Source: an uncultured SAR86 cluster bacterium
Lineage (GTDB): Bacteria > Pseudomonadota > Gammaproteobacteria > Magnimaribacterales > D2472
Reading direction: 5' to 3'
Length of the DNA stretch: 64,000 nt
Assembly: GCA_902541245.1 (NCBI GenBank)
Contig: CACBPT010000003.1
Location: 2,762-66,761 of the forward strand
This document shows, piece after piece, positions 26,950-35,565 of this stretch. The notes below the pieces were generated by a model. The model saw nothing but the letters and a program-made list of their open reading frames with translations. It ran no database searches and had not been told where the DNA came from. Positions within the stretch are counted from its first letter, which is position 1. The number at the start of each line of letters is the position of its first letter. A program made the translations under genes and the position numbers.

Positions 26950-28323
26950 TTACTTTGAGATGATAAAAAGGTCCTTGGTGATGAAATCTACATTGTGGTT
27001 GCCCCCAACAATGTCACTGGCAATCGCAGATTTTTTTATAATTTCACTTTTATCAAATCCAGGAAAATGTGATCTAAACATATCGATCTTTTTCTTCTTT
27101 GAAAATGAAATTAATCTAGAAAGCTCTTTGATACTGATAAGGTAGTAATGCATAAAAGCTTGAAGCCTAATTGACGATAGTTTTATCTTATTTTTTCTCT
27201 TTATCTTTAGACTTTCTGAAGTCAACATAGCAAGTTCTGAAATAGAGCTTTTATTTGATGTAAAATTGTTAATGAGCGAGGAGAGTTTATAATTTTCTTT
27301 TGAGTCTGGTTGTAAATTATCAAGATTATCAATTAAACTTTTTATATCTTCATAAGTCGAAGCAAAGTGCCCAATATCATTGGTTACATCCACATAGTTT
27401 TTGCTTTCCACAGGATAGTAACTAATAACTCTTTTGTTCATCATTTGAGCTTCTATAGATGTTGTACATCCATTCTGAATTAAAACCTTACATCCATTTA
27501 TCCATTCTGGGGCTGAGAAATCTTTTGATATCTTAATATTGTCAAAAGCTTTAAAAAATTCTTGATAAAATTCTATTGATTCGGTTGGGTGAGGCCTTAA
27601 TACAAATTTAGATTCAGGAAAATCAGACAACAGCTTAGTTAACATCTCTAAAAAAAAGCCCATGACTTTGAAAGAGGTGTTGTACCAATGCATTGATTCT
27701 AATCGTTGATCTAAGGATCTTGAGGGAGTATTTAATGGTTTAAACCATCCTAAGAAATCAAGATAATGATTCACAGCAGCAAAATTTGTATTAATTAAAA
27801 TATAATCTTTTTCCTGAACTTTGGTTGATTGACTAATTAGTTTCCTTAGGTTCATATCTTGCGCTAAATCAAATCTTGCAACTCCCACGTTATGGATACT
27901 GGCATCTGAATCTAAAGATTTATAAAAATTTGTTTGAAATGGGCCCCAACAGATGATTTTATCATCTTCATTTAAAATGGTTGCATCGATTTGTTTCATA
28001 CACATTCCCTTCCAATTTGACTCTTCGCCTACCCAGATACCGCCTTCTTCATGGTAATAAAGTAATGAAAAGTCATTTTCTTTGAGTGTCTGATAATAGT
28101 CCATTCTGGTGGGGAACCATTCAGGGAAAATATTCTTCCCCAGATAAACACCGCCATTAAAGTTTTTAATAAGTCTGTTTAAAAGGTTATGCTGACCAAC
28201 AAAACATACGGTATTTTCGTCAGCTATTTCCGTTGCGAGCATAATTTTATAGTCCAGCTCTCTTACCTCAGTCTCAATAGGTATAAAAACTATTTTTTTG
28301 TTTTGCAAAGACTTGTAGCTCAT
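26950..28323 (-). CDS. Hypothetical surface-carbohydrate biosynthesis protein (possibly a KpsS/TagF-like GT-B enzyme)
   Basis: 457 aa with no TM segment. The only cues are IPIETEVRELDYKIMLA near the N-terminus, a VLRPHPTE motif, and its position between two sugar dehydrogenase genes. The function is uncertain. Confidence 0.3.
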   Translation of the reverse strand: MSYKSLQNKKIVFIPIETEVRELDYKIMLATEIADENTVCFVGQHNLLNRLIKNFNGGVYLGKNIFPEWFPTRMDYYQTLKENDFSLLYYHEEGGIWVGEESNWKGMCMKQIDATILNEDDKIICWGPFQTNFYKSLDSDASIHNVGVARFDLAQDMNLRKLISQSTKVQEKDYILINTNFAAVNHYLDFLGWFKPLNTPSRSLDQRLESMHWYNTSFKVMGFFLEMLTKLLSDFPESKFVLRPHPTESIEFYQEFFKAFDNIKISKDFSAPEWINGCKVLIQNGCTTSIEAQMMNKRVISYYPVESKNYVDVTNDIGHFASTYEDIKSLIDNLDNLQPDSKENYKLSSLINNFTSNKSSISELAMLTSESLKIKRKNKIKLSSIRLQAFMHYYLISIKELSRLISFSKKKKIDMFRSHFPGFDKSEIIKKSAIASDIVGGNHNVDFITKDLFIISK

Positions 28324-28337
28324 CTTTTTAAGGTAAT

Positions 28338-29642
28338 TTAAGTTCCGATACCTTTATATATGAAATTATTTTTTTCAACATCTTGTCGGTTCAGTATATT
28401 TCTTCCATCTAGAATAATTCTCTCTTTTAAAAAAGATAATTTTTTGTAATCTGGATTCCAAAACTCTTTCCATTCAGTACAAATTACTAAACCGGCACAA
28501 TTTGAAATTTGATTATATTTGTTTTTAACAAAAGCAACATTAGTAAAATCATGAAAAAATTCTCTAGTATTTTTACTTGCCTCTGGATCATAGACATATA
28601 TTTTTTTAAATTTTTTTGAAAGACTTTTTATAACTTCTATAGCAAGTGATTCTCTAATGTCATCCGTATCTGGTTTAAATGATGAGCCCCAAACTAATAA
28701 AGAAGTAGCCTTAGGTTCTTTAAAGCTTAAATTTATCTTTTTGACAAAAGACGAAACATTATGATGATTCCTTTCCTGGGTTGCTAAAATGATTGACGAC
28801 TTAAGACCGTTAACTTTTTGGAAATAAGAGAGGGCTTTTAAATCTTTAGGAAAACATGACCCGCCATAGCCCAAGCCAGCATATAAGAAATCTTTTCCAA
28901 TTCTAGAGTCCGATCCTATTCCTTTTCGAACCTCATGCATATCCGCGCCAACTAATTCTGCAATTTCAGCTATCTCATTTACAAAACTTATTTTAGTCGC
29001 AAGAAATGCATTAGCTGAGTATTTAGTCAACTCAGCAGAATTTGTTGACATATAGATTATTTTATCTGACTTTCTACATAACGGTTTATAAATTGATTTA
29101 AGTATATCCCTTGCCTTAACTGAATCAGTTCCAATTATAATTCTCTCTGGTCTCATAAAATCATTAACAGCCGAACCTTCTCTTAAAAATTCTGGGTTAG
29201 ATACTACTGTAATTTTTAATTTTTTCTTACTTATTTTTTTTACAAGTCTTTTATGTACTTCTTGGTTTGTGCCTAAGGGCACAGTAGACTTAAGAACCAC
29301 AACAGAATCCTTTTTTATAATGTCACCTAAACTAGAAATAACAGAAAAAAGATTTTTTAAGTCAGGTCTATTTTGATTGTTGTTTGGTGTATCAACGCAA
29401 ATAAAAAAAATAGTTTGTTCAGTGATGCTTGTATAAGTATGAGTAAAATTTAAATTTTTATTTTTAATATTTTTCAAAACTAGATTTTCTAGTTGGGGCT
29501 CAAAAATAGGAAGAATTCCTTTCTTGAGATTTATAATTCTCTTTTTATTTATGTCCATACAAGTTACTGAATGGCCAATTTCTGCTAAGCATGCCCCAGT
29601 AACTAACCCTACATAACCTGATCCAATGATGCTAATTTTCAA
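28338..29642 (-). CDS. ugd: UDP-glucose 6-dehydrogenase
   Basis: 434 aa with IIGSGYVGLVTGACLAEIGH and the catalytic GGSCFPKD. Confidence 0.9.
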   Translation of the reverse strand: MKISIIGSGYVGLVTGACLAEIGHSVTCMDINKKRIINLKKGILPIFEPQLENLVLKNIKNKNLNFTHTYTSITEQTIFFICVDTPNNNQNRPDLKNLFSVISSLGDIIKKDSVVVLKSTVPLGTNQEVHKRLVKKISKKKLKITVVSNPEFLREGSAVNDFMRPERIIIGTDSVKARDILKSIYKPLCRKSDKIIYMSTNSAELTKYSANAFLATKISFVNEIAEIAELVGADMHEVRKGIGSDSRIGKDFLYAGLGYGGSCFPKDLKALSYFQKVNGLKSSIILATQERNHHNVSSFVKKINLSFKEPKATSLLVWGSSFKPDTDDIRESLAIEVIKSLSKKFKKIYVYDPEASKNTREFFHDFTNVAFVKNKYNQISNCAGLVICTEWKEFWNPDYKKLSFLKERIILDGRNILNRQDVEKNNFIYKGIGT

Positions 29643-29677
29643 TTTTGCTTACCCCATTAAAAAATTAAAGATTTTAT

Positions 29678-29751
29678 TGGAGGCTGAAGCCGGAATCGAA
29701 CCGGCGTAAACGGCTTTGCAGGCCGCTGCATGACCACTCTGCCATCCAGCC
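29678..29751 (-). tRNA. tRNA-Cys (GCA)
   Basis: The reverse complement is GGCTGGATGGCAGAGTGGTCATGCAGCGGCCTGCAAAGCCGTTTACGCCGGTTCGATTCCGGCTTCAGCCTCCA. It folds as a cloverleaf with a 7-bp acceptor stem, anticodon loop CTGCAAA, T-arm GCCGG-TTCGATT-CCGGC and an encoded CCA. Confidence 0.9.
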
Positions 29752-29801
29752 AAAAAAAAGTAAGTATATTCTATTTTTACCACAATTTTTTTAATGAGTA
29801 T

Positions 29802-30572
29802 CTAACCTTTATAGTAATAAAGTCTTTCAATATCATCATCATTGGTCTCTTCACCATACTGGATCTCAATAATTCGACATTCTTCAGGATAGGGATTTGT
29901 GATTTGGTGCCATTGATTTAAATAAACATCAAATCTATTGCCTTGTTTAAGGGTTATTGTCTTAACTGCAGTTGGGTCAGATTCGCTAAAATTTACATCA
30001 CATTTTCCAGCTGATATTAACCAAGACTCACTTCTTTTAAAATGTCGCTGAAAACTCATCCCCTGATTTGGTAAAACAACAAGCTCTTTCACCCTCACAA
30101 AATTATCTTGAAAAAGATCATAGAAGTTTCCCCAACGCCTAGTTGTTGAGGGTGTCGTCCATTCCTTCAGAATCCAGCTACTAGAATTCTTTTTTTTGTC
30201 TCCACCTGTGCCAAAATAAAACTCTATATCGCTCACTTTCATTTCAGGTATATTTTTTTCAGTTCTATCGCCTCCATTACAAAAAAGAATCTTTTTGCCA
30301 GGAAACATTTCTTTTACTTTTATAAGTCCATTAGAAGCTGAACCGAACTCATCATCATCAAAACTTATTACATTATCAACAGCCTTTATGTTTTCTAAGA
30401 TAAGTTTTCGTTCATGAAATGGTAGGAAAAATCTTTTTTTCTTTTTAATTAACCAATCATCACTGTTTAAACAAACAACCAATTTATCTGCTAGCATAGC
30501 TGCAGAATTAATGTACTCAAGATGACCAGAGTGAATAGGATCAAAACCCCCACTTACAACAGCAATTTTCAT
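29802..30572 (-). CDS. Fusion protein: cytidylyl/adenylyltransferase-like domain plus type II phosphomannose-isomerase-type cupin domain
   Basis: 256 aa. The N-terminus VVSGGFDPIHSGHLEYI is the HxGH nucleotidyltransferase motif (RfaE domain II / TagD-like). The C-terminal RRWGNFYDL...VKELVVLPNQGMSFQRHFKRSESWLISAGK...WHQITNP...IIEIQYGEE..DDDIERL matches the GMP/PMI cupin pattern. Confidence 0.65.
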   Translation of the reverse strand: MKIAVVSGGFDPIHSGHLEYINSAAMLADKLVVCLNSDDWLIKKKKRFFLPFHERKLILENIKAVDNVISFDDDEFGSASNGLIKVKEMFPGKKILFCNGGDRTEKNIPEMKVSDIEFYFGTGGDKKKNSSSWILKEWTTPSTTRRWGNFYDLFQDNFVRVKELVVLPNQGMSFQRHFKRSESWLISAGKCDVNFSESDPTAVKTITLKQGNRFDVYLNQWHQITNPYPEECRIIEIQYGEETNDDDIERLYYYKG

Positions 30573-30634
30573 TAAGACATTATATATTATTGTTAACTAA
30601 GACTTGAGTTGAACTAATGATGAAATTAAAGATT

Positions 30635-31171
30635 CTATTTGTTAAATGAATCAACTGAATATTGGACCGCAGATTTAAGTGAAAGAACTAGACTTAAAAA
30701 CAATACAAAATTTCCTATAAACTGAATTAGCTCATTTCCATTATAAAAGGAGAATAAATAAATAAAAATTGCAAAAAATTGAGAGGATGTCTTTAGCTTA
30801 GCTAAAAATGTGACTTTTGTAGCAACTGTATTCATATTTCTAGAATTAAAATCTCTTAATGCTGAGACCCAAAACTCTCTTGCAATGAGAATGCAACACA
30901 TAAAAGTTACCAAAGTTGATTGAGTGACAACGGAAATTATAATAAGCAAAAAAACCAGCAATACTTTATCGGCAATTGGATCAAGAATTTCGCCAAGCTC
31001 AGAGGTTAGGTTATATCTTCTAGCTAAAAAACCATCAAGGAAATCTGAAATACTTGCTAAAAAAAATAAAATTAAAGCTAGACCATGTTGATCTAAATAT
31101 AAAATTAATATAAATATAATTGGTCCTACAATCAGTCTAAAGTATGTTAAAAACTGTATCAATGAGTTCAT
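30635..31171 (-). CDS. pgsA: CDP-diacylglycerol--glycerol-3-phosphate 3-phosphatidyltransferase
   Basis: 178 aa with DFLDGFLARRYNLTSELGEILDPIADK, the CDP-alcohol phosphatidyltransferase motif. It shows uvrC-pgsA synteny and an ATGA overlap with uvrC. Confidence 0.9.
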   Translation of the reverse strand: MNSLIQFLTYFRLIVGPIIFILILYLDQHGLALILFFLASISDFLDGFLARRYNLTSELGEILDPIADKVLLVFLLIIISVVTQSTLVTFMCCILIAREFWVSALRDFNSRNMNTVATKVTFLAKLKTSSQFFAIFIYLFSFYNGNELIQFIGNFVLFLSLVLSLKSAVQYSVDSFNK

Positions 31172-32952
31172 TCGTTGAAAGCCTCCTTAATATTTAATGC
31201 AAGTTTATTACTTATACCATCAACCATACATAAATCATTGATATTTGCTGATTTTATTCTGCCAAGAGATTTAAAGTGCTTAAGCAAATTTCTTTTTTTA
31301 ATTGGTCCCAAACCTGAAATTTTATCAAGTGTTGAATATTTAACACTCTTTACTTTTTTGCGTCTATTGCTTTCAATAGCAAATCTATGAGACTCATCAC
31401 GAATTTGTTGAAGAAGTAAAAATCCTGAGCTGTCTTTTGACATTTCAACAATTCCATTTTTAGAAAGAATTGTTTCGGTTGATCTCATCCTTTTAGATCC
31501 CTTTACAATACTAAGGATCATAGGTTGCTTTTTAAGCAGAGCACAAAAAGTACTGCATGCAGCTTCCAACTGTAGCTTGCCACCATCAATTAAAATAATT
31601 TCCGGTAATGGATTTGAATTCGCTTTTCTAATTCTCCTCTCAAGAATATGTTTCATTGAACCTATGTCATTTCCAGATAATTCTTTTGGTATGTTAAAAA
31701 GCCTATACCTTTTTTTATCAGGCCCATTAGAAGAAAATCTTACTGCTGAGGCTACTGCATTATGGCCACTATGATGACTTACATCATAACCCTCAATTGT
31801 AATATTTGTATTATTTAATCCTAAATTTAAGGCTAAATCCTTTATGGCAAATGTATATTTATCATCTTGATTAATTCGATTTTCAATAACTTGATTAGCA
31901 TTTAATTTACATAATTTAGCAACTTTTCTAGTATTTGAGTTAATGCTTGTTGAAATTAAAATTGTTTTGCCAAATTTAAGCTCAACAGCCTGTTTTATTA
32001 AAGAAAGGTTTTTAGGCTTAGAATTTAAAATTATCTTCTTAGGTAAAGAAAAGCTATGTTGATAATAAGAAAATATTAAGCTTTGAAATAAACTATCAAT
32101 ATCATTCAATTGATTGCCTTTTAGAAAATGGGTTTTTGTGCCTCTAATCTTTCCATCTCTTACTGACAAAATACATACTCCAGTTCTGTCAAGCTTAGAA
32201 ACACAAGTAAAGAAATCAATGCTTGTTAGAGAACTATTGAATGATTGCTCTTGGTGCATAAGATCTAGACTTTTTATTCTTTTTTTTATCTCATTAGCTC
32301 TCTCAAACTCATGTTTTTCTGCTAGCTTATGCATCTGTGAAATCATTAAGGTTTTTGTTTCCTTTCCTGAAGACGATAGATAGTGTTGAGAGGATGAGAT
32401 ATCTGATTGATATCTAAATTCAGAAATTAAGTCTACGCATGGGGCAGAACATCTTTGCATTTGATGCTCAATGCACGGTCTGGACCTATTACTAAAAGTC
32501 GTATCACTGCAATTTCGAATTTGATAAATCTTCTGCAAATCTTTAATAGTTGATTTTACGGCTTGAACACTGATAAAAGGACCAAAAAAGTTTTTAGAAA
32601 CAGCATGTTTTGATCTCTTCATGCTAATACTTGGGTATTTATGATCCATTGAAAAATGCACATATGGATATGTTTTATCATCTCGCAAAAGAATATTAAA
32701 TCGAGGCAAATTTTCTTTAATTAAGGATTGCTCCAGAAGAAGTGCTTCAGCCTCATTAGTTGTGGAAAAAGTTTCAATTTTATCCGTGAGACTTTTTATC
32801 TGTTGTGTTTTTCTATCCTTAAAAGATTTTCCAAAGTATGAGGATACCCTTTTTTTTAAATTTTTTGCCTTACCTATATATATAATCTTGTTTTTAGAGA
32901 AAAACTTGTATATCCCTGGTGTATTAGGAACTTGTTTTAAATTCAGAGCCAT
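31168..32952 (-). CDS. uvrC: Excinuclease ABC subunit C
   Basis: It has the GIY-YIG N-terminus PGIYKFF...IYIGKAKNLKKRVSSYF and a C-terminal HhH region. The track ORF runs to 33057, but the first 35 codons lie inside pgi and look non-native. I place the start at the ATG at 32950-32952 (MALNLKQVP). Confidence 0.9.
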   Translation of the reverse strand: MALNLKQVPNTPGIYKFFSKNKIIYIGKAKNLKKRVSSYFGKSFKDRKTQQIKSLTDKIETFSTTNEAEALLLEQSLIKENLPRFNILLRDDKTYPYVHFSMDHKYPSISMKRSKHAVSKNFFGPFISVQAVKSTIKDLQKIYQIRNCSDTTFSNRSRPCIEHQMQRCSAPCVDLISEFRYQSDISSSQHYLSSSGKETKTLMISQMHKLAEKHEFERANEIKKRIKSLDLMHQEQSFNSSLTSIDFFTCVSKLDRTGVCILSVRDGKIRGTKTHFLKGNQLNDIDSLFQSLIFSYYQHSFSLPKKIILNSKPKNLSLIKQAVELKFGKTILISTSINSNTRKVAKLCKLNANQVIENRINQDDKYTFAIKDLALNLGLNNTNITIEGYDVSHHSGHNAVASAVRFSSNGPDKKRYRLFNIPKELSGNDIGSMKHILERRIRKANSNPLPEIILIDGGKLQLEAACSTFCALLKKQPMILSIVKGSKRMRSTETILSKNGIVEMSKDSSGFLLLQQIRDESHRFAIESNRRKKVKSVKYSTLDKISGLGPIKKRNLLKHFKSLGRIKSANINDLCMVDGISNKLALNIKEAFNE

Positions 32953-34319
32953 TGAGTAAGGAACTTTTTTGCAGCAAGCTTTCCTGCAATAACTCCATGT
33001 TGATCGAAGGGATTTATTTCTAACATGCAAGCAGTAATAAAAACTCGATGCTCCCATGTTGCAATTAAAAAGCCTAGATTTTCAAGAGATAGCTTATTTA
33101 AATGAAATATATTTACTGGTGAATTGCTGTTTGTTTTTTCAAGCAAATTAGTTGATCGATTTAAATGAGAAGAAAGTAAAGAGGCCTGTCCTTTCGCTTG
33201 AGCAGATAACAAAGGGCTAATTTTTGAAGTTGAATAAATTATGTCAGTGCAAAAATCTGCTGTACCTTGATGCAGTAATTGAAAGTAAGAGTGTTGAGCA
33301 GTGGAGCCATAGCCTCCAAATATTGATTGACCCGTTTCTTTAAATGAAGATTCAGGGTTAGAATGCTTTCCAAGTGACTCCATTTCAAGCTGTTGAATAT
33401 AATTAGTTAGTGATCGCAATCTCCAATTATATGAAAGCACAATTCTGTTCTTTTTATTTTTAAAATTGCTGAACCACAAATCTGAAAATACTAATATTTT
33501 AACAAATTTTTGATATTGCTTATCTTCCCTTGAAGTACCTAAAATCATTTTATCTGCAACTGACCCTCCTTTTAAAAATTTAGAAAAGTTATTTTCTAAT
33601 CCTACACTTAGAGATACTGGTGACCAGATTGAATACCTTCCCCCAACAGATTCTGGAAATGGAACGATACAATTCTCCGAGAAACCCATTTCAATTGCTT
33701 TTTTTGGATTTGCAGTTATAACTATTGAATTCTGTGAGTTTCTTTTTCGCCCTAACCACTTCAAACATAAAAGAGTTTCATCTGTTGATAATGATTTAGA
33801 TGAAAAAATATAAAAATTCTTTTGTCCACTTAATGGTTTTAATGTCGAATTAAATTCATCCTTATCTGGCCCAGAGATAAAAAAATAATTAAATTTTGAT
33901 AAGTAATTATCTGTATATTCTTGTAGCAATTTTGGCCCTTCATTTGACCCACCTATTCCAAAAGTAATAATATTCTCAAACTCTTCTTTTTTAATCTTCT
34001 TGATTAAGGGTTCCGTTATTTTTTTAAAATTAAAGTTTTCTGATTGTTTGTTAATTCGATATTTGTGATGTAAAGCAGGGCAATTTTCTGTCTTATTTAC
34101 AATCTTTCCATCAAAAAGATTTGCTATCGAGTTCTGAACTTCTAATTGATCAGCAAGGTCATCAAAGATTTTAAAATGTTGAGATGAAAAATCTCTTAAA
34201 AATGGCTGATAATTTAAATATTTTGAATTAAATTTAAATGATATCTTCTTTTTTGCGGTATCGTTTTTAGACAACTGTTTAAGGTTTGAAAAGGCTTGTT
34301 GAACAGATCTTTTATTCAT
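32943..34319 (-). CDS. pgi: Glucose-6-phosphate isomerase (short form)
   Basis: 458 aa with FGIGGSNEGPKLL, SKSLSTDET and GGRYSIWS, all PGI family motifs. Confidence 0.85.
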   Translation of the reverse strand: MNKRSVQQAFSNLKQLSKNDTAKKKISFKFNSKYLNYQPFLRDFSSQHFKIFDDLADQLEVQNSIANLFDGKIVNKTENCPALHHKYRINKQSENFNFKKITEPLIKKIKKEEFENIITFGIGGSNEGPKLLQEYTDNYLSKFNYFFISGPDKDEFNSTLKPLSGQKNFYIFSSKSLSTDETLLCLKWLGRKRNSQNSIVITANPKKAIEMGFSENCIVPFPESVGGRYSIWSPVSLSVGLENNFSKFLKGGSVADKMILGTSREDKQYQKFVKILVFSDLWFSNFKNKKNRIVLSYNWRLRSLTNYIQQLEMESLGKHSNPESSFKETGQSIFGGYGSTAQHSYFQLLHQGTADFCTDIIYSTSKISPLLSAQAKGQASLLSSHLNRSTNLLEKTNSNSPVNIFHLNKLSLENLGFLIATWEHRVFITACMLEINPFDQHGVIAGKLAAKKFLTQWL

Positions 34320-34995
34320 AGGTTAAATCATGAAAAGTTTTTAAGGCTAATGAAATATCTTTTGCTTGGGTAATAGGCCTGCCAATAACGAGAAAAGTAG
34401 CGCCCTTTTTAATTGCATCTTTTGCGCTCATGGTTCTCACCTGATCATCGTCAGCTTCAACTTCTCTTATACCTGGTGCAACTTTAATGCAGGATGGGCC
34501 TAGCACTGTGTTTGAAATTTCTATCTCATGAGGTGAGCAAACAATGCCATCTATATTGGTTTTTTTAGCTAACTTAAATAAATTAACTATTTGATTATTA
34601 AGATTATTATTAAATACAGTTAATGAGTCTGATTCATTCAAACTCGTAAGAATACTCACTCCTATAACTTTGGTTCTGATCGTTTTAGCTGCTTGCATAG
34701 CTTTCTTAAGCATCTCTTCACCACCAGATAAATGAACAGTCAACATTTCAATATAACTATCGCTAAAACCAAGTATTGTTTCATGCACAGTATTTGGTAT
34801 GTCGTGCAATTTTAAGTCTAAAAAAATTTTAAACCCTCTCTGAAATACCTCATTAAGAAATGGTTTACCTAATGCATTAAATACTATGCTACCTATTTTA
34901 ATTTTACATAGGTCTGGATCAAGCTGACTTAAAATGGCATTAGCTTCTTTAAGATCAAATGTATCAATGGCTACAATTATTTTTGGATCAGTCAT
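34312..34995 (-). CDS. pyrF: Orotidine 5'-phosphate decarboxylase
   Basis: 227 aa with IVAID, FLDLKLHDIPNT and LVIGRPI. Confidence 0.9.
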   Translation of the reverse strand: MTDPKIIVAIDTFDLKEANAILSQLDPDLCKIKIGSIVFNALGKPFLNEVFQRGFKIFLDLKLHDIPNTVHETILGFSDSYIEMLTVHLSGGEEMLKKAMQAAKTIRTKVIGVSILTSLNESDSLTVFNNNLNNQIVNLFKLAKKTNIDGIVCSPHEIEISNTVLGPSCIKVAPGIREVEADDDQVRTMSAKDAIKKGATFLVIGRPITQAKDISLALKTFHDLTYE

Positions 34996-35284
34996 TAGTT
35001 TTCAAAAGTTTCTTGGAAGCTTTAAAATGCATTATAGATGTCTCCCCTAAATAAGATTCTTTCTTTGTTTTAGGATTTACAAATTTTCTTGGTCTGATAG
35101 TTTTTTTTGAGAATACTCCGAAGCCTCTTATTTCAACCCTATTATCCAATGCAACAGCATTGATAATTTCTTGCAAGATCAAATCTATAACTTCATAAAT
35201 TATTTCATCATTTAAAGAAGGAAATTTTCTAGATAACTTTATCGTCAAATCAGACTTATTGAAATTTTGCAACTGCTTTTTCAT
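34988..35284 (-). CDS. ihfB: Integration host factor beta subunit
   Basis: 98 aa, HU/IHF fold. VEIRGFGVFS matches the IhfB-type IEIRGFGSF, and the arm region is NPKTKKE. Confidence 0.75.
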   Translation of the reverse strand: MKKQLQNFNKSDLTIKLSRKFPSLNDEIIYEVIDLILQEIINAVALDNRVEIRGFGVFSKKTIRPRKFVNPKTKKESYLGETSIMHFKASKKLLKTND

Positions 35285-35286
35285 CT

Positions 35287-35565
35287 TTAATTCAAAAAGT
35301 GCTTGGCTTTTGAAGTAGGGCTAAAGCGAACTTTGCTTTGAGATGAGATTTTAAAATTTTCCATAGTCTTTGGATTTCTGCCTATTCTTTCTTTTGTTGT
35401 AAATGTTTCAAACGAGCCAAATCCAGAAAGCTTAAGATTCTTTTGAGATCGTAGAGTTGTTTTTATAACCTGGAAAAATTCGTCTACCAAAGAATCAGAG
35501 ATATCTACCGACAGTTTTAATTCTTTTTTTAATATTGCACTTAGATCCTTTTTGGTTAAATTCAT
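35287..35565 (-). CDS. ihfA: Integration host factor alpha subunit
   Basis: 92 aa with LTKKDLS...LKLSGFGSFE...GRNPKT. It lies directly downstream of pheT, as in the conserved pheST-ihfA arrangement. Confidence 0.8.
   Translation of the reverse strand: MNLTKKDLSAILKKELKLSVDISDSLVDEFFQVIKTTLRSQKNLKLSGFGSFETFTTKERIGRNPKTMENFKISSQSKVRFSPTSKAKHFLN

Noticed and set aside
29730-29921. 63-aa plus-strand ORF near tRNA-Cys.
   Set aside because: It overlaps the tRNA-Cys 5' end and the 3' end of the cupin-fusion gene, and its composition is hydrophobic and low-complexity.
32953-33057. 35-codon N-terminal extension of uvrC in the ORF track.
   Set aside because: The extension lies inside the pgi coding region, is Cys/Ser/Arg-rich and is not UvrC-like. 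The GIY-YIG domain starts right after the ATG at 32952.
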